Source: an uncultured Anaerolineales bacterium (GTDB taxonomy: Bacteria > Chloroflexota > Anaerolineae > Anaerolineales > UBA6663). Taken from it: DNA of 64,000 nt. Under the pieces are notes generated by a model. It had not been told where the DNA came from, did no database searches, and was given only the letters and a program-made list of their open reading frames with translations. Below, piece by piece: positions 28,767 to 36,467 of the stretch. The position numbers were made by a program, and so were the translations under genes. The DNA lies in NCBI GenBank assembly GCA_964480865.1, contig CAYZRP010000001.1, forward strand, positions 22,096 through 86,095, in the 5' to 3' direction. How positions within the stretch are numbered: the first letter of the stretch is position 1; every line of letters starts with the position of its first letter.

Positions 28767-28917
28767 CGTCAGAGGTTGTCCCTATAGGGTCGCTCACGAA
28801 CGGCAGACGGCTGGCCGCGGACCTCGACTGGCAGAGGCGCGAGTTGTGTCAGGCGCCAACGCCCAGGCGTCTTCGGTCCGTGGTTCGAACTCAACAGTCC
28901 CCTCAGCGTAGCGACTG

Positions 28918-29958
28918 TCATGAAGCGCCTGCCAGGGCGGCTGCGATCGCCGACAGCCGCACGTCTTTCACGACGGGCAGGCACAGACCGCGGCAGACGT
29001 CCAATTGCGCGCGCCACGAAGGGCTGAAAGGCGCTGAGCCCTGGGCGGCTCCGCACAGCGCTCCCACAAGCGCGGGCAGCGAGTCGGCGGATTTCGGGAT
29101 CGCCAACGCGGCCAGGATGGACGACTGTACATCGCCGCTGCAGCGTTCGGTTAGGGCAAAGGCCGCCGGAAGGGTCTCGGGCGCTGCATTGCCGTAGGAA
29201 TAGACGGTGTTGATCAGGCGCAGGCGGAGCGCCAGGATCAGGTCGGCCACCCCGGTGGTCTCGGCCAGACACGCCTGCGCGACGTCTTCGCCGCGCGTGA
29301 TCCAGCTGTCGGCGGGGAACTCGGCCCGGCCGAGCGACAACGCCTCACCGATCGGGGATCCGTCGGCCAACGCCGCGATGGCTGCGCCCATGGCCCGCGC
29401 GGCATAGACCCCATCTTCTGCGTTCGTGACGGAAGCATCCGCCGCAGCGACCCGGGCGGCACGGGCCGGTTCACCGGCGAAGCGCAGGCCGATCGACACC
29501 GCCCGGCATGCCGCCGAGTCGTCGTAGTGCTGGGGGTTGTCGTTGCCGGTCGCTGGCGGTTCGAGGCCGCGGGCCAGATTGTCGAGCGCGGCACGCTCCG
29601 AGAAGCCGGTGAGCACTTCGCCGTCGAGTGGCAGGATCCGCTCGCGCCAGGCCTGAGCGAAGTCTGCCGCTGTGGGCTCACCCGCATGTGCGAGCAACGT
29701 CTGGGCCGCGAAGACCGCGTACTCGGTGTCATCTGTCGGGAAGGGCGCCAGCGTCTCGGGCGCGATCCGGTGTGTGAAGGGCAGAGTCAGGCGGATGACC
29801 CGTCGTTGGGCCAACTCCTGGTTGGTGCGCCACAGAAAGTCGCGGCGTTTGGCCGGAAACTGAAACGTTCGGTGGAAGTCCGCCGGAAAACTCAGGGCGT
29901 CGCCGTAAGCCAGGCCCAGCAGCGCACCATAAGCGCGGTCAGCACGGGTGAGAGTCAT
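28918..29958 (-). CDS. ADP-ribosylglycohydrolase-family protein (divergent C-terminal metal motif)
   Basis: ATG at 29958 follows aagga. GALLGLAYGDALSFP and PTDDTEYAVF are present. The usual G-x-D-x-D-T motif reads PKSADSLPALVGALCGA. Confidence 0.75.
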   Translation of the reverse strand: MTLTRADRAYGALLGLAYGDALSFPADFHRTFQFPAKRRDFLWRTNQELAQRRVIRLTLPFTHRIAPETLAPFPTDDTEYAVFAAQTLLAHAGEPTAADFAQAWRERILPLDGEVLTGFSERAALDNLARGLEPPATGNDNPQHYDDSAACRAVSIGLRFAGEPARAARVAAADASVTNAEDGVYAARAMGAAIAALADGSPIGEALSLGRAEFPADSWITRGEDVAQACLAETTGVADLILALRLRLINTVYSYGNAAPETLPAAFALTERCSGDVQSSILAALAIPKSADSLPALVGALCGAAQGSAPFSPSWRAQLDVCRGLCLPVVKDVRLSAIAAALAGAS

Positions 29959-29972
29959 GAGGTCATGATCCT

Positions 29973-30953
29973 TCAATCGGTCAGATGCAACGTCGGGCCC
30001 AGATAGCGCAACGCGGCAACGAAGCCTGGAGTCCACACGTCCCATCCGTGCCCGCCATCGAGCACGCGCAGCTCAGCCCTGACGTTTGGGACGCGAGCGA
30101 GCCGGTTGTACGCCAGGTGCGCCTCCATGTCGATGTCGTGCAGCGCGTCCTCGGGGTTCGGGTTCTTGTACTCGTCGTCGCCGACGGCGATGAAGATGCG
30201 AACCGGTTGTCCACGCGTCGCGAAGTCGGCCAACAGCGCCGGGTAATTGAGGCGCTGGTAGATCGCGTTGACGAAGCGTTGATCAGCTTCGCCAAACGCC
30301 CCGAACTCGCGTGTGCTCGAGTCGGCCGGTGGCAGCGGCGTGTACACTGCCGGGCTGAGGACGATCGCGGCGGAGAACATCTCGGGGTATGCCAGCGCGT
30401 AGCGCAGCGCGCCATAGCCGCCCATCGAGTAGCCCCCGACGACACGGCCGGCCCGATCGGCCTGAACGGCGAAGTTCTCTTCGACGTGCGGGATCAGTTC
30501 GGTCAGCAACGCGGTCTCGACCTGCGCCCCAGGTGACTCGCCGCCGGTGTAGGCCGAGTCGACGTAGTAGCCGGCGCGCTCGCTCGACGGCGCATCGGGC
30601 ATCACGGCCACGACCGGTGGAATGACGCCTTCGGCGATGAGGGCGTCGAGCTCGGGCCTGACGCGCGCCCAGCTGGCCAGGTTGTCGCCGCGGCCGTGGA
30701 GCAGATACAGCACGGGGTATCGCAGGTTTGCCGCGGGATAGCCGACCGGCAGATAGACGGCATAGCGCAACGGCCGACCCAGCGTGGCCGAGTCGAAGGC
30801 GTGCTCTTCGAGCGAGCCTTCAGGGAACGGTGTCGGTGTCGGGGTCATGGTCACGTCGCTGTCATCGATCGGCGCGGGCGGCGCGGCGCAGGCCCCGACC
30901 AGCGTCAGGAGCACCGCAACCCTCAACAGCCCACGCGTGCGCGAAATCCTCAT
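29973..30953 (-). CDS. Exported esterase lipoprotein (PF00756-type 'putative esterase' / CE1-like alpha/beta hydrolase)
   Basis: Signal peptide plus lipobox (LLTLVGAC). YPVLYLLHGRGDN and the nucleophile elbow VGGYSMGGYGAL are present. The start overlaps the citF stop (ATGA at 30950-30953). Confidence 0.8.
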   Translation of the reverse strand: MRISRTRGLLRVAVLLTLVGACAAPPAPIDDSDVTMTPTPTPFPEGSLEEHAFDSATLGRPLRYAVYLPVGYPAANLRYPVLYLLHGRGDNLASWARVRPELDALIAEGVIPPVVAVMPDAPSSERAGYYVDSAYTGGESPGAQVETALLTELIPHVEENFAVQADRAGRVVGGYSMGGYGALRYALAYPEMFSAAIVLSPAVYTPLPPADSSTREFGAFGEADQRFVNAIYQRLNYPALLADFATRGQPVRIFIAVGDDEYKNPNPEDALHDIDMEAHLAYNRLARVPNVRAELRVLDGGHGWDVWTPGFVAALRYLGPTLHLTD

Positions 30954-32506
30954 GGCACCCGCCGAACGCTGTCGATCAAAGATCCATCGACCCAGGTCAC
31001 GGCCGCGATGATCTCGTCATCGAGGCGGGGCAGCGCCGGCGGTCCACCGCAGATCGAGTCCACCTCAGCCTTGATCTCGCCTAACGTTCGCAGCGGCAGA
31101 GCGGTGCCGCGCACAGCCTCGAGCAGATCGGGCCGTCGCGGGTTGATGGCGATGCCGCGCTCGGTGACGACGACGTCGATCAACTCGCCGGGTCCGCACA
31201 ACGTGGTCACGCGATCGCGCAAGACGGGGACGCGATCGCGGAACGACGGCACCGTCAGGATCGTGCACTTCGCGAACAAGGCATCCTGCCAGCCGCCGAT
31301 GCCGTGGAGCAGCCAGCCGTCTGAATGCGTGACGACGTTGCCATTGAAGTCGAGATCGACCTCGGTCGCCCCCAGCACGGCGAAATCGACAAGCGAGGCA
31401 AAGTTGCCTTTGCCGTGATAGTTGTAGCTGGTGAACGGGCTGGTCGCCAGATGTCGGTCCGGGTGCTCACGCATCGAGCGCACGCCGTCGAGATCGAAGG
31501 CCTGGCCGTCGAGCAGGTAATCGGCCAGACCCGCTTCGAGCAACTCGACCAGGATGCGCGTCGTGCCGCCGCGGATGAATCGGGCCGGGATGCGCTCGGT
31601 GCGCATGTGCTCGGCCACGAAGGCCGTGAAGGCCAGGCTTGTGCCGCCGGCGCCGGCCTGGAACGAGAACCCGGGCGTCACCAGCCCGGCCTCGCGCACG
31701 AAACGCGCGGCGTACTCGGCGATGAGCAGCCGATCGGGTGAGCGCGTCAATTGAGTGGTGCCCGAGACGATGCGGGTCGGATCGCCGACCTGCTCGACGA
31801 CGACGACCTGATCGACGCGGTTGCCAGCGATGTGCCACGGCGAACACGGGAACGGCACGAGCGTGTCGGTGACCACGATGACGTGGTCGGCGAACTCCGA
31901 GTCGGCCAGCGCGAAGCCGAGCGGCCCGCACGCGGCCGGCCCATGCACGCCGCTGGCATTGCCAAATGAGTCGGCGGCCGGGGCCGCGATCACGGCGATG
32001 TCGACGTGCACGTCCCCGTCCTGCAGGGCTCGATAGCGGCCGCCGTGTGACCGCAGCACGCCCAGCCCGCGCATGCGACCGCGCGAGGCGTAACGCCCGA
32101 GCGGTCCGTTGAGGCTGCCCTCGATGTGATGGATCAGGCCGCCCTCGAGGTGCTCGATCAACGGCTCATGGCACGCGAACGTCGCCGACGGGAACCAGAC
32201 CAGGTCCTTCACGCCGAGCTCGGCCGCCGCTGCGAAGACCTGGGCCATCACGCGGTCGCCGTCGCGGAAGTGGTGGTGCGAACCGATCGTCATGCCATCG
32301 CGCAGCCCGGCGCGGCGCAGCGCTTCGACAAGATTCGGCGCGCGCTTGTCGCCATCCGGCGGGAATTCGGCGCAGGATCGGATCGGGGGGCCGGCGTGAC
32401 GCCCCCGCGGACGATCGATCCCGAGGCCCTGATACGGGGCGACCGCTTTGCCGTTGACGACCTCGGGCACCAGCCGCCCGGCGGCGTTCTCGATGAGCCG
32501 GGTCAT
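30950..32506 (-). CDS. citF: Citrate lyase alpha subunit-like (citrate CoA-transferase family)
   Basis: Start at 32506 gives MTRLIENAAGRLVPE. IGSHHHFRDGD and the C-terminal LGATEVDLDFNGNVVTHSDGWLLHGIGGWQDA...TLCGPGELIDVVVTERGIAINP are CitF hallmarks. 518 aa. Confidence 0.85.
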   Translation of the reverse strand: MTRLIENAAGRLVPEVVNGKAVAPYQGLGIDRPRGRHAGPPIRSCAEFPPDGDKRAPNLVEALRRAGLRDGMTIGSHHHFRDGDRVMAQVFAAAAELGVKDLVWFPSATFACHEPLIEHLEGGLIHHIEGSLNGPLGRYASRGRMRGLGVLRSHGGRYRALQDGDVHVDIAVIAAPAADSFGNASGVHGPAACGPLGFALADSEFADHVIVVTDTLVPFPCSPWHIAGNRVDQVVVVEQVGDPTRIVSGTTQLTRSPDRLLIAEYAARFVREAGLVTPGFSFQAGAGGTSLAFTAFVAEHMRTERIPARFIRGGTTRILVELLEAGLADYLLDGQAFDLDGVRSMREHPDRHLATSPFTSYNYHGKGNFASLVDFAVLGATEVDLDFNGNVVTHSDGWLLHGIGGWQDALFAKCTILTVPSFRDRVPVLRDRVTTLCGPGELIDVVVTERGIAINPRRPDLLEAVRGTALPLRTLGEIKAEVDSICGGPPALPRLDDEIIAAVTWVDGSLIDSVRRVP

Positions 32507-33660
32507 GGCGCCTCCGCGAGTTTCAGCACGCGCCGTGCGCGTTCGACCACGGGTGGATCGATCATGCGGCCATCCACCACCGCGACCCCTCGGCCGGCCG
32601 CCTGGGCCTCTTCGAGCGCCGAGACGATCCGACGCGCCTGCTCGATCACGGCAGGCGCCGGCCGGAAGCCGGCGTGAGCGGCCCTGATCTGGCGCGGATG
32701 CAGGCAGGCGACACCGTCGAAGCCGAAGTCGCGGGCCTGCGCCGCGAAGCGCTCCATCCCAGCGAGGTCGTCGACCTCGGCAAACACCGACGCCAGCGGC
32801 TGGACGCCCGCGGCGCGGGCCGCGTTGACGATCTGGCTGCGCGCCCACAGGCTCTCGACGCCTTCGGGCGTTCGCACGGCGCCCAGGTCCGCGGTGTAGT
32901 CTTCAAGGCCGAGACCCAGGGCCGCGACCCGATCGGATGCGCTCGCGATCGACAGGGCATTGAAAACCCCGCGCGCGCTTTCGATGATTGGGATCAGGTG
33001 GATCGACGCAAACCCCTCAAGACAGTGGGCGGCTGCCGCGACATCTTCCGCGCCTTCGACCTTGGGCAGGACAAACCCCTGCACGCCGTGTGGCGCGAGC
33101 AGGGCGATGTCGTCGAGCCCGGCGGGCAGGGCGTTCACGCGCACAAGCACCTCGGCGTCGTGAAAGTCCACGGCGCGCAGGGCGTTGCGCACCAGCAAAC
33201 GGGCTGAGTCCTTTTCGTCGGTCGGCACCGAGTCCTCGAGATCCAGGATCACGGCATCCGGTCGATGCAGCCCGGCGTTGACGAAGAACTTGGGCGTGTC
33301 GCCCGGAAGATAGAGCCGCGAACGGCGTAGCCGATTGCGCGCGGAGGGCGTCCGTTCTACAGTTCGCGGCGGTAGGGCCTCGGTGATCGTGTCAGGATGG
33401 AGCCGTTTGACGGCGGCCTCGAGGCGCGCCATCAACACGAAGGGCAGGGCGCCGCTGTCATCGACACGCACGTCCAGATCGTCTGCGCCCAGGCGCTCGA
33501 GGGTCGCGTGCGCCAGCCGCGCGATCTCGGCGCCGTAGAGCGCGGCGACCCGACTCTCGACGGTCAGTTCGGGCAGTTGTTCTGGGCGCTCCCTCACGCT
33601 CACCGCGATGCCGCAATCCGAGCGGACGTCGGGCCCATAGTGTCCGGCGAACGCCTTCAT
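32503..33660 (-). CDS. citE: Fusion of citrate lyase acyl-carrier (gamma, CitD-like) and beta (CitE-like, HpcH/HpaI-CitE family) subunits
   Basis: N-terminus MKAFAGHYGPDVRSDCGIAVSV...VRVDDSGALPFVLMARLEAAVKRL is CitD-like with Ser at position 14. RSRLYLPGDTPKFFVNAGLHRPDAVILDLEDSV and the remainder are CitE-like. ATGA overlaps at both ends. Confidence 0.8.
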   Translation of the reverse strand: MKAFAGHYGPDVRSDCGIAVSVRERPEQLPELTVESRVAALYGAEIARLAHATLERLGADDLDVRVDDSGALPFVLMARLEAAVKRLHPDTITEALPPRTVERTPSARNRLRRSRLYLPGDTPKFFVNAGLHRPDAVILDLEDSVPTDEKDSARLLVRNALRAVDFHDAEVLVRVNALPAGLDDIALLAPHGVQGFVLPKVEGAEDVAAAAHCLEGFASIHLIPIIESARGVFNALSIASASDRVAALGLGLEDYTADLGAVRTPEGVESLWARSQIVNAARAAGVQPLASVFAEVDDLAGMERFAAQARDFGFDGVACLHPRQIRAAHAGFRPAPAVIEQARRIVSALEEAQAAGRGVAVVDGRMIDPPVVERARRVLKLAEAP

Positions 33661-34655
33661 GCCGTCGCTCCCGCCAGGGCACGATCGACGAGGCGCTCGG
33701 CCACGACCTCGATCTGCTGCCCGGCGACGAAGCCGATGCACTTGCCTGCCGACACGGCCGCGCGCCGGGCCCAGTCAACGGGGATCGAGTCAAGACCGCC
33801 GTACGCGCCGGCCAGGCTGCCAACGATGGCGCCGATGGTGTCGGCGTCGCGGCCGAGGCTGATCCCGGCCGGCACCGCGCGTTCGAAAACGCCGTGCGCG
33901 GCCAGGAAGGCGCCGAAGGCGAGCGGCACGGCCTCGGTCACGAGGTCGGCCCACGGCCACCAATCGACCACCAGTTTTTCGGCCAACGTCGCCAGTGCGC
34001 CGTCGAGATCGTCGGGCAGCGCAGCGACGGCGTCCGCTGCGCGCTGAAGCGCCCGCGCGGTCCACGTGTCGGTCGGCACCGCCGCGATCGCGGCCGAAAG
34101 CATCTCGTCCGGCTTCGCGCCGACCATGGCGACAGCGATCGCGGCGGCCACCGCCTGCGCGGCGTGGATGCCGTCGCGGCCGTTTGAGACGGAGCCGAGG
34201 GTGGTTGCCAGCCGTGCGGCCAGCGCCGGATCACCGGCGGCGACGATGCCGGCCGGGCAGATCGCCATGGCCACGCCGTCGCTCCACATCTGGTGGTTGA
34301 ACGCGCCCGATTGCGGGGCTGAGAGCCCGGCCGCGAGGTTGCGGGTCGAGCACACATCACTGAAGCCGCCGGGCCGGTACGCGCGGCCAGGGCCAAGCAG
34401 TTTGTCGCGCCACTCGGCCTCGACCTGTTCGAGCGTGATGGTGTGACCGTGAGCGATCAACAGATGGGCGTTGAACAAAGTGAAGTCGGTGTCGTCGGTG
34501 CCCGACGTAGCATCGGTCAGGAAGCCCGTGATCCGACCGTGCGTCGCGCGGATCTCGGCCGACGTCCGGCCTTCGACGGGTGCGCCCATCGCATCGCCGA
34601 TGGCGACCCCGACCAGCGCGCCGTGCGCGCGGCGGATCAGTTCACTGCGGTTCAT
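33657..34655 (-). CDS. ADP-ribosylglycohydrolase-family protein
   Basis: GALVGVAIGDAMGAPVEG, SGTDDTDFTLF and SLGRDADTIGAIVGSLAGAYGGLDSIPVDW are all present. Start ATG at 34655 (ATGA overlap with the Kelch stop) or 34661. Confidence 0.8.
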   Translation of the reverse strand: MNRSELIRRAHGALVGVAIGDAMGAPVEGRTSAEIRATHGRITGFLTDATSGTDDTDFTLFNAHLLIAHGHTITLEQVEAEWRDKLLGPGRAYRPGGFSDVCSTRNLAAGLSAPQSGAFNHQMWSDGVAMAICPAGIVAAGDPALAARLATTLGSVSNGRDGIHAAQAVAAAIAVAMVGAKPDEMLSAAIAAVPTDTWTARALQRAADAVAALPDDLDGALATLAEKLVVDWWPWADLVTEAVPLAFGAFLAAHGVFERAVPAGISLGRDADTIGAIVGSLAGAYGGLDSIPVDWARRAAVSAGKCIGFVAGQQIEVVAERLVDRALAGATA

Positions 34656-35620
34656 CGACATTGTGTCTCGATCCATTCTGCGGCCCCGCCGATCCCTGTC
34701 GGTTCCTCGCCGCCAAGCGTCAACACGCGTCCATCGAATTTCGCAGCGGCCAGCCAGGCCCGCGGCCGGGCCAGCGGCGGCGGGTGGCAGACCGAGCCCG
34801 TCCGGACATCGACCCTTTCGACGAGGCCGAGGTAGCCGCTCGAGTCGAAACCGCCGACGATCAGGAGGTCGCCCTCCCACTCGAGCGCTGCGGCCCAGGT
34901 GCGCGCCTCGATCGACCACTCGAGCGTCGACCAGGCATGGCCTCCTACCTCGAGCCGCTCGACGACGGCCGAGTAACCGCCCTCGGTCGAGTATCCGCCA
35001 ATGGCGTACAGACTTTCCGCGATCGCCACGAGGGTCAGCCCACGCCGCGGAACGTTCAGCCGCGGCAGCTTCTCCCAGGCGTCCTCCTGCGGATCGTAAG
35101 CCTCGACCACGTCGCTGTAGCCGTCGAGGTCCGCGTCACTGGCGCCGTCGAACCCACCGGCCACCACGATCCGCTGGTCCCATACCGCGACGCCCGGCTC
35201 GCGACGCGGCGTCGGCAAATGCGTGACAGTAGTCCAGACCGCGTCGCCGCTGCCCAGCGCCTCGACCTCCGAGACCAGGCCGACTGTCGCGCTCCATCCT
35301 CCGACGACCCAGAGGCGATCCGCCAGGCTGACCAGGCCGTGCTGGCTGCGTGCCACGTTGAGCATCGGCCCCGAAACCCAGCGGTCGCCGTCGAGCCGTT
35401 CGACCGTGTCGAGTTGCGTCGTCGTGCCGCTCCAGCCGCCGACCGCGTACGGCTGCCCGGCCAGGACGCCGGCCGCCAGAGCCCGTCGTGGCGCGATCTC
35501 GGGCGGCGCCGCGCTGGCCGCGCAGGCGGAGAGGAAGAGCGCGAATGCGCAGACGAAGGACGAATGATGAAAGACGAAGGTTGAACGGCCGTTCAACTTG
35601 CGTCTCTCGTCATTGGTCAT
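34652..35620 (-). CDS. Exported Kelch-repeat beta-propeller lipoprotein
   Basis: Six Kelch-like units (YAVGGW..., LWVVGGW..., IVVAGGF..., LYAIGGY..., LLIVGGF..., VLTLGGE...). Signal peptide with FALFLSAC lipobox. Start ambiguous (ATG 35620, ATG 35638 or TTG 35596) because the 5' end lies inside a hairpin repeat. Confidence 0.75.
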   Translation of the reverse strand: MTNDERRKLNGRSTFVFHHSSFVCAFALFLSACAASAAPPEIAPRRALAAGVLAGQPYAVGGWSGTTTQLDTVERLDGDRWVSGPMLNVARSQHGLVSLADRLWVVGGWSATVGLVSEVEALGSGDAVWTTVTHLPTPRREPGVAVWDQRIVVAGGFDGASDADLDGYSDVVEAYDPQEDAWEKLPRLNVPRRGLTLVAIAESLYAIGGYSTEGGYSAVVERLEVGGHAWSTLEWSIEARTWAAALEWEGDLLIVGGFDSSGYLGLVERVDVRTGSVCHPPPLARPRAWLAAAKFDGRVLTLGGEEPTGIGGAAEWIETQCR

Positions 35621-35626
35621 TCGTCG
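35551..35626. repeat. Heptamer-array hairpin element A (GACGAAN units)
   Basis: Left arm gacgaag/gacgaat/gatgaaa/gacgaag (35552-35579). Central perfect 16-bp palindrome ttgaacggccgttcaa (35581-35596). Right arm ttgcgtc/tctcgtc/attggtc/attcgtc (35598-35625). The arms are imperfectly complementary. Shares the 13-mer tcgtcattggtca with element B. Confidence 0.6.
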
Positions 35627-36410
35627 CTCCCATTCCACCGATGAACTCCAACACGGCCCGTCGAAAGCTCGGATGGCGTGCAGCGCTGTCGTGCGTGGCG
35701 CCCGGTATGACGACCAGCTTGAGCTGAGTCATCCATCCCTGGAGCTTCACGAAATCCTTGTGGTATGGATCCTCCGACCCGACGACGCCGAGGGTCGGCA
35801 CGGCCACGGGGCGCATCTGCACTTCGGACACGACCTGCGCCGGGTTCGAGCGCCGCAGGGCCGCCAGTGCGAGCGGATCCTGGCCGAGCAGCGCGGCTGT
35901 CGAGTTGATGCGCACCTCGTCATCGCTCAGACGGGGATCGATCCGCCGCATCTGTGTCGTCAGCCTCCCGAGTTCGAGCTCCGCCGCCTCGCGGTCCACA
36001 CGCGCTTGATCCTCCGTCGTCCAACCCAGTCGGCCGGCCGCGCCGCCGAGCGTCGCGGACAACAGGCGCTCGGGCCTCACGGTCAGCAGATGGGCCAGGA
36101 TGTGCGCACCCATCGAGTAGCCGACGACGTGCGCGCGTTCAAGGCCGAGATGATCGAGCAGTCGGATGACGTCGAGGCCCATCTCGGCCCCATACTGAGA
36201 CGGGTCATGGGGCCTGTCGCTGCCGCCATGACCACGGCAATCGAAAGCGATCACGTGGTGGCGATCCGCCACTGCCGCGGCCAGGCCGTTGGTGAACCAA
36301 TTCTCGAGCCGTCCGGTGAAACCGTGAACAAGGACCACGGGCCGGCCTTCACCGATCGTGACGAAACGAATGCGGATCCCGTTCGAATTGAAAAAACGCT
36401 CGCCTTCCAC
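35610..36410 (-). CDS. Alpha/beta-fold hydrolase
   Basis: RPVVLVHGFTGRLENW, nucleophile elbow VVGYSMGAHIL, C-terminal His region IPGATHDSAARHP. GTG start at 36410 (agga 8 nt upstream) is preferred over TTG at 36458. Confidence 0.8.
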   Translation of the reverse strand: MEGERFFNSNGIRIRFVTIGEGRPVVLVHGFTGRLENWFTNGLAAAVADRHHVIAFDCRGHGGSDRPHDPSQYGAEMGLDVIRLLDHLGLERAHVVGYSMGAHILAHLLTVRPERLLSATLGGAAGRLGWTTEDQARVDREAAELELGRLTTQMRRIDPRLSDDEVRINSTAALLGQDPLALAALRRSNPAQVVSEVQMRPVAVPTLGVVGSEDPYHKDFVKLQGWMTQLKLVVIPGATHDSAARHPSFRRAVLEFIGGMGATNDQ

Positions 36411-36431
36411 TGTGACGGTCCTGGACGTGGT

Positions 36432-36462
36432 GTGGCCACAAGGGCGGGGTGGCCACAAGGGC
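36432..36462. repeat. Tandem 14-bp direct repeat in the permease/hydrolase intergenic spacer
   Basis: gtggccacaagggc occurs at 36432-36445 and again at 36449-36462, with a 3-nt spacer. Each copy contains the palindrome GTGGCCAC. An 8-bp hairpin is possible: gggtggcc (36447-36454) with ggccaccc (36460-36467). Confidence 0.4.
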
Positions 36463-36467
36463 CACCC

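Noticed and set aside
28882-28890. A ggttcgaac motif resembling a tRNA T-loop in the spacer between two ARH genes.
   Set aside because: The flanking bases do not form a T-stem, and no acceptor or anticodon arms can be drawn. I found no tRNA-like cloverleaf anywhere in the window.
32507-32848. N-terminal extensions in the ORF track, such as CitF from 32848, CitDE from 33741, ARH from 34919, FGGY kinase from 48211, amidohydrolase from 55099 and the ABC ATPase from 59257.
   Set aside because: The extensions are Arg/Gly/Pro-rich and overlap the well-supported upstream gene. Internal ATG/GTG starts reproduce the canonical family N-termini, usually with an RBS or an ATGA/GTGA overlap.
30950-33660. 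Annotating the locus as a standard citrate-fermentation (citCDEFXG) operon.
   Set aside because: citC, citX, citG, a citrate carrier and oxaloacetate decarboxylase genes are all absent. CitD is fused to CitE, and the flanking genes are ARH-family and sugar-uptake genes.
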